DNA from: a virus
Lineage: Duplodnaviria > Heunggongvirae > Uroviricota > Caudoviricetes
Strand: one strand, 5' to 3'
Virus record (IMG/VR): IMGVR_UViG_3300011008_000003
DNA length: 64,000 nucleotides
Each line of letters starts with the position of its first letter. Positions within the stretch are counted from its first letter, which is position 1. This document shows, piece by piece, positions 1 to 8,843 of the stretch. Position numbers and translations under genes: made by a program. The notes beneath the pieces are model-generated. The model saw only the letters and a program-made list of their open reading frames with translations, made no database searches and was not told the DNA's origin.

Positions 1-673
1 TAAGGCTATGCAGGGTATCGAAATGATGACTGAAATGATCAACGTGCTTCAGGCAGAAATGACCGCTGAAATGGACCGTGAAACTATCGGTCGTTGTAAG
101 TCTCTCTGCACACCGCGTATCTTCAACAAGTCTACCACGACTCTTAAGGACAACGACGGTTTCATTGGTACTAACTCTCAGGAACGTTTCGGTCTCATCA
201 TCACGCACATCATGAAGGGTGTTAACGACGTTCGTACTGCTACTCGTCGTGGCGCTGCTAACATTGCAGTTGTCTCCCCGGACGTTGCAACTGTTCTCCA
301 GTGCGCTAACCCGTGGTTCACCAAGGTTGCTCACGAAGTTAACGGTTCTGCTGTTACTCCGGAAATGGGTACTTTGAACGGCGTTGTTAAGGTCTTCTGT
401 GACCAGTACGCTGTTGATGAATTCGGTGCAAACGACAACGGTGAAGTTCTTCTTGCATTCAAGGGCTCTAGCCTCTATGATGCAGGTGTTATCTTCTGCC
501 CGTACGTTACCGGTGTTGTCAACCAGGCTATCGACCCGAACGACTTCAGTCCTCGCGTCGGTATCATGACTCGTTATGGCTTTGCTCATAACATGCTTGG
601 TGCTGAAAACTACTACCGCTTGCTCAAGTTCAACGGTCTGTTCGCTCAGGCTCCGGAAGAACTCGTTTGGTAA
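1..673 (+). CDS. putative major capsid protein, C-terminal part (5'-partial; reading frame open to window edge)
   Basis: ORF is open at position 1 in this frame. Followed by two strong rho-independent terminators, as expected for a highly expressed late gene. Shares a clear paralogous block (VRTATRRGAANIAV vs IRTSTRRSAANLIV, YYRLL vs YYIHL) with ORF 19579..20337. Family assignment is from recall of T4 gp23/gp24 paralogy, not a search. Confidence 0.45.
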   Translation, partial: KAMQGIEMMTEMINVLQAEMTAEMDRETIGRCKSLCTPRIFNKSTTTLKDNDGFIGTNSQERFGLIITHIMKGVNDVRTATRRGAANIAVVSPDVATVLQCANPWFTKVAHEVNGSAVTPEMGTLNGVVKVFCDQYAVDEFGANDNGEVLLAFKGSSLYDAGVIFCPYVTGVVNQAIDPNDFSPRVGIMTRYGFAHNMLGAENYYRLLKFNGLFAQAPEELVW

Positions 674-701
674 TCTGGTAATTGAAATAACGATTTTAAA
701 A

Positions 702-730
702 ATGCAGGATGAAAATCCTGCATTTTTAAT
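702..730 (+). terminator. intrinsic terminator hairpin (atgcaggat-gaaa-atcctgcat + T-run)
   Basis: Perfect 9-bp inverted repeat followed by TTTTT, immediately after the stop at 673. Confidence 0.7.
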
Positions 731-745
731 TTAAACATAAAAATA

Positions 746-776
746 AAACCGGAACTTAATTCCGGTTTATTTTAGT
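746..776. terminator. bidirectional terminator hairpin (ccggaa-cttaa-ttccgg flanked by A- and T-runs)
   Basis: Inverted repeat with T-runs on both strands. Sits between convergent genes 8..673(+) and 772..1248(-). Confidence 0.6.
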
Positions 777-1248
777 TATTCTTGATTAATCCTTTATTAT
801 ACAAGAAAATAAGAAATGAGTACAGATGTTTACATACCGTACTTTCTTTTTTCGGGTTATGAATCTTATTCGGAATGTGGCTAAAACTTTGAATAGGTTC
901 TGCCTGAGTAGAGTTTTTGAAATTTGGGTGGCTGACGTTATATCTGTAAGCGTTACAGGTACAATTTACTTTACCGATATTATGAATTGAGAACGGCTGT
1001 TCAATATCATCGCGATGAAACATAGCAGTTACTTGGTATCTTTTGCTTGGATCGCTTTCTGAAATAACAATACCAGTACATTTCATGGTATCTTTATCTT
1101 TACCATCGACATTGAAGTTTGAGATGTGTGCTTCTTTGTCGGAATAAGGAAAAACTTTTCTAAAATTGTCTAGCATATCTTGAAGAGTCATAGTAGCTTC
1201 ATCAACTCTACGGCCCTCAATCATATTCATATATTCTTTGAAATTCAT
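772..1248 (-). CDS. hypothetical protein with SWIM-like CxC...CxH zinc-finger signature
   Basis: CTCNAYRYN...CKH pattern in the translation; ORF has a start and stop. Confidence 0.4.
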   Translation of the reverse strand: MNFKEYMNMIEGRRVDEATMTLQDMLDNFRKVFPYSDKEAHISNFNVDGKDKDTMKCTGIVISESDPSKRYQVTAMFHRDDIEQPFSIHNIGKVNCTCNAYRYNVSHPNFKNSTQAEPIQSFSHIPNKIHNPKKESTVCKHLYSFLIFLYNKGLIKNN

Positions 1249-1266
1249 ATAATATTTATAGATAAT

Positions 1267-1274
1267 TATAAATA
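1267..1274 (+). promoter_or_regulatory. T4-type late promoter box TATAAATA
   Basis: Exact TATAAATA 25 nt upstream of the ATG at 1300, with AAGGAG RBS between. Confidence 0.5.
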
Positions 1275-1299
1275 ATATAAAGTATTAAGGAGTTTTATA

Positions 1300-2127
1300 A
1301 TGGACATTAAAAGGTCATTCAAACGTTTTAAAAAGAATTATATTCGTGAATCTGAAGTACTCGACAACGAAGATTTTGTCGATGTCGATCTCGAAGGTAC
1401 GAATAAGACTGGTATAGACTGGACAGAACAGTATTACGAATGTGGTGGTGACGACAACTCATGGTTGGATATTGCTATCGATTATTGCCTTAAGGCTGGG
1501 CTGGATGCAGATAGTTTCGATAACCAGGAACAGGTTGAGGAATTTCTAGCAGGAGTTTCTTACGATGAAATGGTTAGTGTGCTCGGTACACCGGAAGAAG
1601 TAGCAAATAGTGAACAACCGCATGAGCTTTCTGGCGACGACTATATTGACCCGGAAACTGCACTCGAAACTGACGACGGTTATGATACAGATTTCAATGA
1701 ATCTTGTTGTTGTGGCGGTAAGAAGAAGTCTAAGAAGGGTAAGAAAGATAAGAAGTCTAAGTTCGTTCCGTTCTGGGCAAAGAAAAAGGATAAGGACCTT
1801 AAGGAAGCTTTGAAGACTCTTAAGAATGCAGGTTATTCTGTCATTAACGAATGCGGAGTTGACTGTGAGCTCGAAGACGATGCAACTGGTTTCGGTATTG
1901 CTTTCGATGATTCTGATTACTACACTGAAGAAGGCGAATGTGAAGTTTGCGCAATCTGCGGTAAGGAATCTTGCGACGGTGAATATGACGAAGACGGAAA
2001 CTTTGTTTGCAGTGACTGTGCTGAAAATTCTCTTGAACAGCCTATGGAAGAAATTGACCCGATGGATATTTACTTCCGTGCAGGCCGTGCAGACAATATT
2101 CGCGACATGAACCGTTTTGTTCGCTAA
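1300..2127 (+). CDS. acidic protein with Lys-rich patch and C-terminal Cys zinc-ribbon (possible prohead core/scaffold-associated protein)
   Basis: Strong SD (AAGGAG). Very acidic composition, KKKSKKGKKDKKSK stretch, CEVCAICGK...CSDC motif. Sits just upstream of the protease-like gene. Confidence 0.4.
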   Translation: MDIKRSFKRFKKNYIRESEVLDNEDFVDVDLEGTNKTGIDWTEQYYECGGDDNSWLDIAIDYCLKAGLDADSFDNQEQVEEFLAGVSYDEMVSVLGTPEEVANSEQPHELSGDDYIDPETALETDDGYDTDFNESCCCGGKKKSKKGKKDKKSKFVPFWAKKKDKDLKEALKTLKNAGYSVINECGVDCELEDDATGFGIAFDDSDYYTEEGECEVCAICGKESCDGEYDEDGNFVCSDCAENSLEQPMEEIDPMDIYFRAGRADNIRDMNRFVR

Positions 2128-2148
2128 GCTTAAAAGAACTAAAAATAA

Positions 2149-2178
2149 GCCCGGATTAACCTCCGGGTTTTATTTTTT
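2149..2178 (+). terminator. intrinsic terminator (cccgga-ttaac-ctccggg + T-run)
   Basis: GC-rich inverted repeat followed by TTTTATTTTTT after the stop at 2127. Confidence 0.65.
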
Positions 2179-2232
2179 CTAAAAATCCAGATAAATGTTA
2201 TAAATATATAAAACATAAAAAGGATTTTTACA

Positions 2233-2901
2233 ATGGAAGCAAAGAAATTATTGTGTGAAGAAGCCTGCGCCGAAGCTAAAATGCTTATGGAAGATGCAGG
2301 AAATAATACAAAGACAATGTATATTTCAGGTCCGTTCATGATGGCAGAAGAAGTAAACCGTAACGGTCGTACTTATTCTCGTTCTATTATCGAACGTGAA
2401 GTTAACAAGTTCCAGAAGCTTATTGAATCTCGTGAAGCTCTCGGTGAACTTAACCACCCAGATACTATCGAAATTAACCCGAAGGAATCTGCAATCATGA
2501 TTACTGAACTTAAGATGGACGGTAATCTCGCTATGGGTAAGGCAAAGGTTTTACATACCCCTAATGGTAAGATTCTTGAATCCCTTTTGAATGACGGTGT
2601 TCGTATGGGTGTTTCTTCTCGTGGTACCGGAAACCTTACAGAAGGAAATATGGTTGCTGAAGACTATTCTCTCGTAACCATCGATTCTGTGTATATGCCG
2701 TCTGCCCAGGTCGCTTATACTGACCCGATGTATGAATCTGTACAGTATGTTTCTAAGTGGGTTCTGAACGAGGCTACGGGCCTTTATATCGAACAGCGTG
2801 AAAAGGTATTCGAAGCCCAGAAGAAGTTTAATAAGACTGTCGATAACGGTGGTTCTAAGGAAATTATCAAGGCTTTCAAGGAATTCTTGGCAAGCATCTA
2901 A
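2233..2901 (+). CDS. prohead core protease (T4 gp21-like)
   Basis: Motifs MMAEEVNRNGRTYSRSI and ALGELNHPDT match my recollection of T4 gp21. Size is 222 aa. Located in the head-morphogenesis neighbourhood. Confidence 0.6.
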   Translation: MEAKKLLCEEACAEAKMLMEDAGNNTKTMYISGPFMMAEEVNRNGRTYSRSIIEREVNKFQKLIESREALGELNHPDTIEINPKESAIMITELKMDGNLAMGKAKVLHTPNGKILESLLNDGVRMGVSSRGTGNLTEGNMVAEDYSLVTIDSVYMPSAQVAYTDPMYESVQYVSKWVLNEATGLYIEQREKVFEAQKKFNKTVDNGGSKEIIKAFKEFLASI

Positions 2902-2917
2902 TAATAAAAATATTTTG

Positions 2918-2950
2918 AAACCGGAGATAATTCTCCGGTTTTTTATTTTT
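2918..2950 (+). terminator. intrinsic terminator (ccggag-ataatt-ctccgg + T-run)
   Basis: Inverted repeat plus TTTTTTATTTTT directly after the stop at 2901. Confidence 0.7.
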
Positions 2951-3036
2951 ATACAAGAATCTCCGGAAAACTGTTATAAATAAATATAGGTGCAGAGGAA
3001 TAAGCCTTTGCATAGGATATTTTAGGAGAAATAAAA

Positions 3037-3402
3037 ATGAAACGTAGAGAAGATCAATACAATGCTGGTAATGATTACCTTCAGGTTACTTCCGCTTACT
3101 TCGTAACTGCTGACGACGCTGCTGAAAAGGCTTCTGGCGTTCCTGGTTACAAGGCATACTCCGACGGTCTGTATCACTACACGACTGCTCCGGTTTATGA
3201 ACTTTCTGGTGGTGTTTCCGCCCTCAACAAGCGTGTTTTCACCAAGCTCCCGCAGGACAAGTGGGAAGCTCCGTCCTTCGATGGTGCCGACTCTCTGTCT
3301 GCTATCACTGACGCAAGCGCAGTGTTCAGCCCGGACTACTCCAAGGTCGAATACGACTTCGAAACCGACAACACTTGGGAAAAGACACCTGGTGCAAAGT
3401 AA
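3037..3402 (+). CDS. hypothetical late protein
   Basis: TATAAATA box at 2975-2982 and GGAG RBS; 121 aa with no recognisable motif. Confidence 0.5.
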   Translation: MKRREDQYNAGNDYLQVTSAYFVTADDAAEKASGVPGYKAYSDGLYHYTTAPVYELSGGVSALNKRVFTKLPQDKWEAPSFDGADSLSAITDASAVFSPDYSKVEYDFETDNTWEKTPGAK

Positions 3403-3432
3403 TCTTTACTTGCAAAAGTAGATAAACTTAAA

Positions 3433-3464
3433 AGACCTCAGAGTAAAATCTGAGGTTCTTTTTA
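3433..3464 (+). terminator. intrinsic terminator (acctcaga-gtaaaa-tctgaggt + T-run)
   Basis: 8-bp perfect stem followed by TCTTTTT. Lies between convergent genes. Confidence 0.65.
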
Positions 3465-3767
3465 TAATATATCGAGAATTTTTTCTATATCTTTATTGCA
3501 TTTTCGTTGCCAAGCACTTTGAGCATTTCGTAGCTCCTTCATAAATTCTTCTTTATTATATGTAAATGCATTGGCATAGATTCTTGTACCGTCCGTATAA
3601 TGGAATCTGCATCGTATTTCATTGAGCGATATTGAGATACTGCCTATCTGGTATTTGTCAGACAGGCCAATCCAGTACATCTCGTCTGAAAGCTGTTTAT
3701 ATTCGATACAATACTGGTCGAGTATATTTTTTATATCGTCTATAGTGTTGATATACGGAATGCTCAT
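3462..3767 (-). CDS. hypothetical protein
   Basis: 101-aa ORF. A TATAAA-like box directly abuts its ATG on the minus strand. Confidence 0.4.
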   Translation of the reverse strand: MSIPYINTIDDIKNILDQYCIEYKQLSDEMYWIGLSDKYQIGSISISLNEIRCRFHYTDGTRIYANAFTYNKEEFMKELRNAQSAWQRKCNKDIEKILDIL

Positions 3768-3842
3768 ATTTTATATATTAACATGGGGCGATAACCAAAT
3801 AGTTACCGCCCCAAGAAACTCCTTGTACACTAGTACACGAGA

Positions 3843-5129
3843 TTACATTTTAGAATACTTCATTCCGCGTTTATCCAGAATTTCAGTAAACTGTTCGAGT
3901 GCCTTTGCGCTTAAACCACTGAGCGTGATACTTTCGTTATCGTTATTAACATCAGCAACAGCAGTAGTCTTATGTTCACTGTTATAAGCAGCGACCATTC
4001 GGTTAGCCATCTGAGTAATACGAGCGAACGAAGCGCTATCGCATGCGAATGTGACAGGACCGGTTGCACGAGGTGCGGCTTCACCGTTCTTCTTGGCAAC
4101 TTTCCTACCGCTATCAGACAAATCACCGGAAATCATACCCTTAAGAGTTTCCTTAAGAGCGGTAGTACCAATACCGACCTTCTTGACACCAGTACCCGCA
4201 GAGTTCATGAGGCTAACTTCTTTCCAATCGTCAGCACTACAGAATCCTTCCTGTTCCATTTTATAACGGATTGCTGTACCGTAAGTATCTGGAGAAACAC
4301 CGATATACAGCCTGCTAGTATTAGGGTCTTCAACCATAGTAACTTCAGAATAGCCTGTACGTGGACCATGAATTGTACGGAACCCATCCTTTGCTTCATC
4401 ATCCTTGACCTTGACTTCTACATAAGGAGCATTAGCAAACGGATACCTAATCTTGGTCATGAATTCACGCTTCTGAGAAAGCGGAAGAGTCGTGTAAAGA
4501 CCAGTATCATGACGGAAATCATTTTTCTTACCGCGTGCCTGACGGTCACGGAAGATTTCAGTCTTACCGGTAGCGAATTCGCTGTTCTTGATAATAGAAC
4601 CAAGGTTATGAAGACGAGACTGACCGATAATAAGTGCATCCTGTTCATCGTTCTTCCAGTAGAACTTGGCATAGAATACGTGTTCTTCAGCGATACGGTG
4701 AAGTTCTGCAGGAAGTTCCTTGTTGAAAGCCGGCGCAGGTTCATCGCCAGCGAAGCACTTGGCAATTACTGGATTTTCTCTGATTTCATCCTTAAGACCG
4801 TCGAGGTCGCCGACCGCATAAACAATTGTAAACTTACGGTTATCTTCGACTTCCTGCTTACCGACGAATGTCTTATAGTTACAGTCATAGAAAAGTGCGA
4901 GCGGTGCAAACTTACCAACTTCAGGTTCATAGTTAGCTACCCAGTTCTTGAAACGGATAGTGCTGAAGTAATAACCGATACGTGACGGCATTGGTGTTTG
5001 ATGGTCGCCTTCAACACTGGCGCCACTATTGAAATGGACGGAAATTGCCCATTTTGCGAGCTTCACATAGTTAGGCTCATGCGATACAGTTTCGCTGATA
5101 TAATCGTATGCATTTTCGAATAGGTTCAT
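3843..5129 (-). CDS. hypothetical late protein (428 aa)
   Basis: Long ORF with a minus-strand TATAAATA upstream (in 5150-5170), divergent from the terminase gene. No motif recognised. Confidence 0.5.
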   Translation of the reverse strand: MNLFENAYDYISETVSHEPNYVKLAKWAISVHFNSGASVEGDHQTPMPSRIGYYFSTIRFKNWVANYEPEVGKFAPLALFYDCNYKTFVGKQEVEDNRKFTIVYAVGDLDGLKDEIRENPVIAKCFAGDEPAPAFNKELPAELHRIAEEHVFYAKFYWKNDEQDALIIGQSRLHNLGSIIKNSEFATGKTEIFRDRQARGKKNDFRHDTGLYTTLPLSQKREFMTKIRYPFANAPYVEVKVKDDEAKDGFRTIHGPRTGYSEVTMVEDPNTSRLYIGVSPDTYGTAIRYKMEQEGFCSADDWKEVSLMNSAGTGVKKVGIGTTALKETLKGMISGDLSDSGRKVAKKNGEAAPRATGPVTFACDSASFARITQMANRMVAAYNSEHKTTAVADVNNDNESITLSGLSAKALEQFTEILDKRGMKYSKM

Positions 5130-5214
5130 TTTAAATCCTTTTTAACGTTTATATTATTTATAGTATAAAGATTTGCGGAATTATAAATATTAAAGCTAAT
5201 TAGGGAAATTAAAA

Positions 5215-6141
5215 ATGTTTAATAAGTCCGCAGAACTTCGCGGTCATGGTGAAAAAATTGAAATGACCAAGGAACAGATGGATGAATTCATCAAATGTTC
5301 CAAGGATATATTTTATTTCTGCAAGTATTTCTATATCATTCAGGATAAGAAAGGTGCAGCGCCGATTGAACTCCGCGAATATCAAGAAAGAATTATTCAG
5401 ATGTTCCTTGCCACATATAAAGACAAGGAAGGTCATATAAGAAATAACAGAATTATTACTCTTGGTCGTCAGGGTGGTAAGACGACTATTTGTACGCTCT
5501 ACATTCTTTGGTACGCTTTATTTAACAAGGATAAAGAAATTGCTGTTCTGGCTAACAAGGAACAGCAAGCAAAAGAAATCATGCAGAGAATTAGAGCGGC
5601 AGTTTTGAAATTGCCTTTATGGCTACAGCAGGGAATTAACCCTGACCGTGGCGGTTGGTCAAAAGAATCGATTGGTTTTGATAATGGTTGTAAAATTTTC
5701 TGTGCCGCTTCTGGTTCGTCTGCAATTCGTGGTAGAACTGTTGACTTGATGTTGGTGGACGAATTTGCGTTCTTGCCTCCGGAAGATGCTGACGATTTTA
5801 TTAAGTCTGTGTTCCCGACACAATCTTCTCGTTCTGACGCTATGTTGATTCTGATTTCTACGCCGCATGGAATGAATCAGTTCTATAACATCTGGCAGAA
5901 GGCTGTTGCCGGTATTAATTCATTTGTTCCGGCAAAGGTTCAATGGAATGAAATTCCGGGTCGTGATGAAACGTTTAAGCAGAAGATGATTCGTGACCTT
6001 GGTATTCAGACATTCATGCAGGAATATGCTTGTCTGTGCCCTGATGAGAAAATAACGGTCAAGGATGAAGTATCTGGAATAGAAATAACTGACTCTATAG
6101 CTAAGATCTGTGAACTGTGGGAAGACGGGTTTATAAAATAG
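5215..6141 (+). CDS. terminase large subunit, ATPase domain only (T4 gp17 N-terminal domain-like)
   Basis: Walker A GRQGGKT, adenine-binding LREYQ, Walker B MLVDEFAF and STPHGMNQFYNIW block. Colinear with T4 gp17 from about residue 110 to about 360, then a stop. No nuclease-domain motifs follow. Confidence 0.8.
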   Translation: MFNKSAELRGHGEKIEMTKEQMDEFIKCSKDIFYFCKYFYIIQDKKGAAPIELREYQERIIQMFLATYKDKEGHIRNNRIITLGRQGGKTTICTLYILWYALFNKDKEIAVLANKEQQAKEIMQRIRAAVLKLPLWLQQGINPDRGGWSKESIGFDNGCKIFCAASGSSAIRGRTVDLMLVDEFAFLPPEDADDFIKSVFPTQSSRSDAMLILISTPHGMNQFYNIWQKAVAGINSFVPAKVQWNEIPGRDETFKQKMIRDLGIQTFMQEYACLCPDEKITVKDEVSGIEITDSIAKICELWEDGFIK

Positions 6142-6142
6142 C

Positions 6143-6150
6143 TATAAATA
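6143..6150 (+). promoter_or_regulatory. TATAAATA late-promoter box abutting the start codon (TATAAATAACATATGAGT)
   Basis: Exact box 4 nt before the ATG at 6155. The identical 18-mer recurs at 13799-13816. Confidence 0.45.
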
Positions 6151-6154
6151 ACAT

Positions 6155-7942
6155 ATGAGTATAACCAACACAGATTTGGCGGCAGTTAATGAGAATTTAC
6201 GCGACATTCGCGATTATTCAGAGAAGCTTGAAGCACTGGATAGTTTAAAGAAATTTTTGGATTCTAAAGGTGCAATCAATAAAAGCATAAAAGAAACCGG
6301 CGTAAAGACTACAGCGGTAGGAGATAAGATAAAGAATGTCATTCAGACATTTAAGACTTCTCTTATCTCGACTATTAAAGATTCTGCTAATAAGTTGGAT
6401 AAGACTCTCAATAATATTCTCAAGGAAGCAAAGGTTGGCGGAAAGGGAGTAATTGCGCCGAAGGCTGAACAGAAGCCAGCTGATAAAACAATATCCGCGG
6501 CAATCACTTCGCCAATCGAGACTACAAAGTCTGCGGTTGTTTCCGAAAGCAATCAAACTCCGGAATTTGAGGCGCCGACAATCGTCAAGGCGTTGGATGC
6601 TGTTGCGAACTTACAGAAAGAAAACAATAAGCTTTTCGATAAGTTTATAAAGACAGAACAGAAATCTACTCAGGCAAAGAAGACTGAATCCTTGATAAAT
6701 AAGAAACCTGTTCCGACCGAGAATAAGGAAAAGAAGGAAAAGGTTGTAAAGCCGAAATTCCCATTTAACTTCAAACAGTTCATGGGAGGACTCGGAACGA
6801 TACTTAAGGGTATTTTGAATCCTGTAGCGTTGATTGTTGCTTTCATTACTAAGTCATTGCCGTATATCTTGATTGCTATCGCTTTCTTAAGAGGTTTCTG
6901 GAAAGGTATCGGTGAGGAATTACGAGAGAAATTCTCGAAAATAGGAAAGAAAATTGCGATAGGGGTAGGAATTGTATTCGCCCTGTTTAAAGGCGGACCT
7001 ATACTTATTAGAGTTTTGGCTCTTGCATATCATGCATTGCGTGTCAGCTTCTTGATTATCGAACATGCAGGAAAGATGTTATTACTCAAGATAAAAATGG
7101 GCCATGAAGCAGAAACATTCGCAGAAGAAAAAGGCGTTAGCATATTTAAACGCGGACTTGAACTGGCTAAGTTCGTCATGGAAAAGATTTTCATGGTGTT
7201 TAAGTACATGCTTGAAATTGCAAAATTTATACTTGCTGCTGGTATTGCAATCGTAATTGTCGGACTTGTTGTCTTGCTCATTGTCGGTATAATTATCGCG
7301 CTTGCTAAATTCGGTAGTTTGTTTGACGATGCGATTGGTAAAGTTGTAGATATATTTGTCGGAATCGGTAAATTTGTAATTGACATATTCACTGCCATTC
7401 CGAAGATGATTATTGATGGTGTTCTCTCATTATTCGGAGGATTGTTCGAATGGATTTTCGGCGGTAAATCTAGTGAGGGAGAAACAACGACTGCAGAACA
7501 GATGAATACAAAATCTGAAGTCTCCTTTAGTCAGGAACTTAAGGATGAATTCAGTACAATGCTGAAAGAAATTACAGCTCCGCTTGAATCTATTAACAAG
7601 GCTGTCAAGTTCATTGCGGTTCAATCCGCTATGCAGAATAGAATCGGTTTCGGAATGATTTCTCCGGTTAATATCAGAACTATCGCCGCAATTACTTCAG
7701 CAGTTTCTGAAGTCTGGAATAATAATGAAGCTACTGCCACGGCATCTGATCAGCTTGCTAAGGATCCTGAAGCAATCAATACTTCTATTAATGATAAGAA
7801 GGCGGTCGATATTGAAGATATGAAGAAGGATATATCCAATATGAAGAAATCGATGTCTGACCTATATTTGTTAATGCAGAGCTGGCATCGTGAAAGTTCA
7901 GGTGATAATCCGTATTTTATGGTTGGCGCGACAAGGAAATAA
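6155..7942 (+). CDS. coiled-coil plus multi-transmembrane protein (tape-measure-like or injected membrane protein)
   Basis: N-terminal Lys-rich coiled region and at least four long hydrophobic helices (e.g. ILAAGIAIVIVGLVVLLIVGIIIALA). 595 aa. Sits just upstream of the baseplate genes. Confidence 0.45.
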   Translation: MSITNTDLAAVNENLRDIRDYSEKLEALDSLKKFLDSKGAINKSIKETGVKTTAVGDKIKNVIQTFKTSLISTIKDSANKLDKTLNNILKEAKVGGKGVIAPKAEQKPADKTISAAITSPIETTKSAVVSESNQTPEFEAPTIVKALDAVANLQKENNKLFDKFIKTEQKSTQAKKTESLINKKPVPTENKEKKEKVVKPKFPFNFKQFMGGLGTILKGILNPVALIVAFITKSLPYILIAIAFLRGFWKGIGEELREKFSKIGKKIAIGVGIVFALFKGGPILIRVLALAYHALRVSFLIIEHAGKMLLLKIKMGHEAETFAEEKGVSIFKRGLELAKFVMEKIFMVFKYMLEIAKFILAAGIAIVIVGLVVLLIVGIIIALAKFGSLFDDAIGKVVDIFVGIGKFVIDIFTAIPKMIIDGVLSLFGGLFEWIFGGKSSEGETTTAEQMNTKSEVSFSQELKDEFSTMLKEITAPLESINKAVKFIAVQSAMQNRIGFGMISPVNIRTIAAITSAVSEVWNNNEATATASDQLAKDPEAINTSINDKKAVDIEDMKKDISNMKKSMSDLYLLMQSWHRESSGDNPYFMVGATRK

Positions 7943-7945
7943 AAC

Positions 7946-8842
7946 ATGTCTTTGATTAAATTTTACGACCAGCTTGATAACAGCACTACGCTTGGAAATA
8001 ATTCTCCAATTTATACTTCACACAAGTTTAAGCTTGCGGTGAATGAAAATATGCTTGTAAACGGAGAAAAACTTTCAGTAAAAGAAATACATGGAATTGT
8101 CGACCAATTGCCTGAAATAAGCTATTCGACTGAATGGGATTTATCTCCGGTTTCTACTTTGACAAAAAAGATTGAAGATTTTACGAACAACAATCTTATA
8201 CGTGCTATCGCATCCAATAATAAGAATTATAGACCGCCGATTTTTACCGATGGCTGGACTCAGAAAATGACAAAGGCAGGTTCGCCATTATCTTTGGATT
8301 TTACATTTAGAAGTTATCCGATTAATGAAATGTTTAATACTACGATGTATAAGGATATTATACATTTCTTAATCTATTTAACTACGCCACAGGAATATAA
8401 TTTCGAATCCAGTGTTAATGTTACGACTACGGCATTAAATTTGGCAGAACAGTCTTACGGTAAAAATATAGGTGAAGCTTCTAAGGAATTGATTGAGGCG
8501 ACACAAGGTAAAAGTATAACTGAATTGAAAGACGAATTTGCAAACGGCGGAGATATAAAAGACAAGTTTAATAATTTTTTAAAAGAAATTGAAAACCTTG
8601 GCAATATGGGTACTGATGTTGGTGGTGCTCCGTTATGTTCGTTAGAATTGGGTACGATGATAAAGAAAAGCCCGAAGATTAAATGGTTAATTAAAAGCTG
8701 GTCGTTTAAACCAGCGATTAATACTACATTGATAGATTCGACAGTAAATCCAATATATGTCGACTTTAAAGTTGCTATGGAAACACAACAAATTCTTACA
8801 GATGCAGATCTGAAAGAAATTTTTCCGAATATGGATAATTAA
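7946..8842 (+). CDS. hypothetical structural protein (possible tail-tube/baseplate junction protein)
   Basis: Position between the tape-measure-like gene and the baseplate module. No motif recognised. Confidence 0.35.
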   Translation: MSLIKFYDQLDNSTTLGNNSPIYTSHKFKLAVNENMLVNGEKLSVKEIHGIVDQLPEISYSTEWDLSPVSTLTKKIEDFTNNNLIRAIASNNKNYRPPIFTDGWTQKMTKAGSPLSLDFTFRSYPINEMFNTTMYKDIIHFLIYLTTPQEYNFESSVNVTTTALNLAEQSYGKNIGEASKELIEATQGKSITELKDEFANGGDIKDKFNNFLKEIENLGNMGTDVGGAPLCSLELGTMIKKSPKIKWLIKSWSFKPAINTTLIDSTVNPIYVDFKVAMETQQILTDADLKEIFPNMDN

Positions 8843-8843
8843 A

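Noticed and set aside
2139-2339. 66-aa minus-strand ORF spanning the 2149-2178 terminator
   Set aside because: It overlaps the terminator hairpin and the protease gene's promoter and RBS region, with a hydrophobic low-complexity translation. Likely spurious.
3972-4985. 337-aa plus-strand ORF inside the 3843..5129 minus-strand gene
   Set aside because: Antisense shadow ORF. Its composition (Cys/Phe/Ile/Leu/Arg-rich) is atypical and it has no start context. The minus-strand gene has a promoter and a sensible protein-like composition.
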